Below are positions 63,445 through 64,000 of a DNA stretch of 64,000 nucleotides, in pieces. Both the position numbers and the translations under genes were made by a program. This DNA comes from Candidatus Aminicenantes bacterium (lineage in GTDB: Bacteria > Acidobacteriota > Aminicenantia > Aminicenantales > Saccharicenantaceae): contig CAVUOW010000005.1 of NCBI GenBank assembly GCA_963743205.1, positions 254,650 to 318,649 of the forward strand, read 5' to 3'. Under the pieces are notes generated by a model that was not told the origin of the DNA, made no database searches, and saw only the letters and a list, made by a program, of their open reading frames with translations. How positions within the stretch are numbered: position 1 is the first letter of the stretch; each line of letters opens with the position of its first letter.

Positions 63445-64000
63445 CTATCGGCTAAGGAGGGCGGAAACCGCCGGGGTCGTCAGGAGCGTGGGTAGGAGGC
63501 CGAGAGAGAGCAGGACGGCCGCGCAAAAGGCCAGAAAGACCGCGACGGCCCGGGAGAGGCTCTCCGGCGTTTGCAAACCGGTTTCCGGCACGGCGGGTGC
63601 CGCCTCTTCGAGGAACATGGCTCGGCCGATACGAAAGTAATAGAAGAGGGAGATCGCCGAGTTCAACGCGCCGGCGGCGGCCAGGAGGATCATCCCCTTC
63701 TCCACGGCCGCCGTGAACAGAAGGTACTTGCCGATGAATCCGGCGGTCGGCGGGATCCCGGTGAGGGACAGCAGGACCACGAGGACGCTCGCCGCGGCCC
63801 CCGGGGCCCGCCGGGCCAAGCCGCGAAGGCCGTCGATGCTCTCGTCGAAGCGGCCTCCCTTATCGACGAGGAGGATGAGCCCGAAGGCGGCGGCGTTCAT
63901 GACGATATAGACGACGATGTAGAACAGGACGGCCGTCCGGCCGGTTTCTCCCCAGGCCGCCAGGCCGATCGCCAAGTAGCCCGCCTGGGCGATGGCCGAG
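63445..64000 (-). CDS. nuoN: NADH-quinone oxidoreductase subunit N, C-terminal part (continues past window end)
   Basis: ...LSLTGIPPTAGFIGKYLLF...ALNSAISLFYYFRI is typical of the NuoN/ND2 C-terminus; hydrophobic throughout. Confidence 0.7.
   Translation of the reverse strand, partial: SAIAQAGYLAIGLAAWGETGRTAVLFYIVVYIVMNAAAFGLILLVDKGGRFDESIDGLRGLARRAPGAAASVLVVLLSLTGIPPTAGFIGKYLLFTAAVEKGMILLAAAGALNSAISLFYYFRIGRAMFLEEAAPAVPETGLQTPESLSRAVAVFLAFCAAVLLSLGLLPTLLTTPAVSALLSR

Noticed and set aside
1-64000. rRNA or tRNA genes, CRISPR arrays, integrases or transposases, prophage or toxin-antitoxin modules.
   Set aside because: I inspected all intergenic gaps longer than about 60 nt by eye. None has tRNA-like cloverleaf potential, repeat-spacer periodicity, or ORFs with recombinase or transposase motifs. 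A tRNAscan/Infernal run would be the decisive check.

Overview
High-GC bacterial chromosomal segment, about 55 genes, densely coded on both strands. No rRNA, tRNA, CRISPR array, transposase or integrase was seen. Gene content (CarboxypepD_reg-type TonB receptor, GWxTD, two DUF5916/CBM9-like proteins, DUF1080, DUF4097, many TAT or lipoprotein exported proteins, several sigma54-type promoters) resembles Acidobacteria or a related candidate phylum; this is a guess. Housekeeping genes: tyrS, trpS, pyrB, thrC, ubiE/menG, maf, an RlmD-like methyltransferase, sppA and part of nuoN. They are mixed with envelope and glycan-utilisation genes (GH2, GH20-like, DUF1080, a 902-aa orphan secreted protein) and an FtsX-type ABC exporter. 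There is also a peptide-binding-protein / histidine kinase / NtrC-type activator / CheY module. Main observations: (1) Five sigma54-type -24/-12 promoters. Three are arranged in series across the kinase/activator module, and the last precedes a short terminator-bounded transcript, a candidate sRNA or pyrB leader. (2) A MITE-like AT-rich palindromic element is present twice (31781-31868 and 41779-41896). (3) An AT-richer island encodes an AAA+ ATPase with a C-terminal nuclease-like motif. (4) Several composite or remnant ORFs: a Maf-RlmD in-frame fusion, a sulfatase/TPR remnant, and an Fe-S / oxidase-stub / reductase chimera. (5) I reconstructed roughly 25 frameshifts by hand. They are strongly clustered (14.8-18.6 kb and 26.3-26.8 kb), and those I could localise lie in G/C homopolymer runs. 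Assembly or sequencing error is therefore the default explanation, ahead of pseudogenisation. Many long ORFs in the six-frame track are high-GC antisense shadows and are not reported as genes. All functional calls come from reading motifs by eye; no database search was possible.
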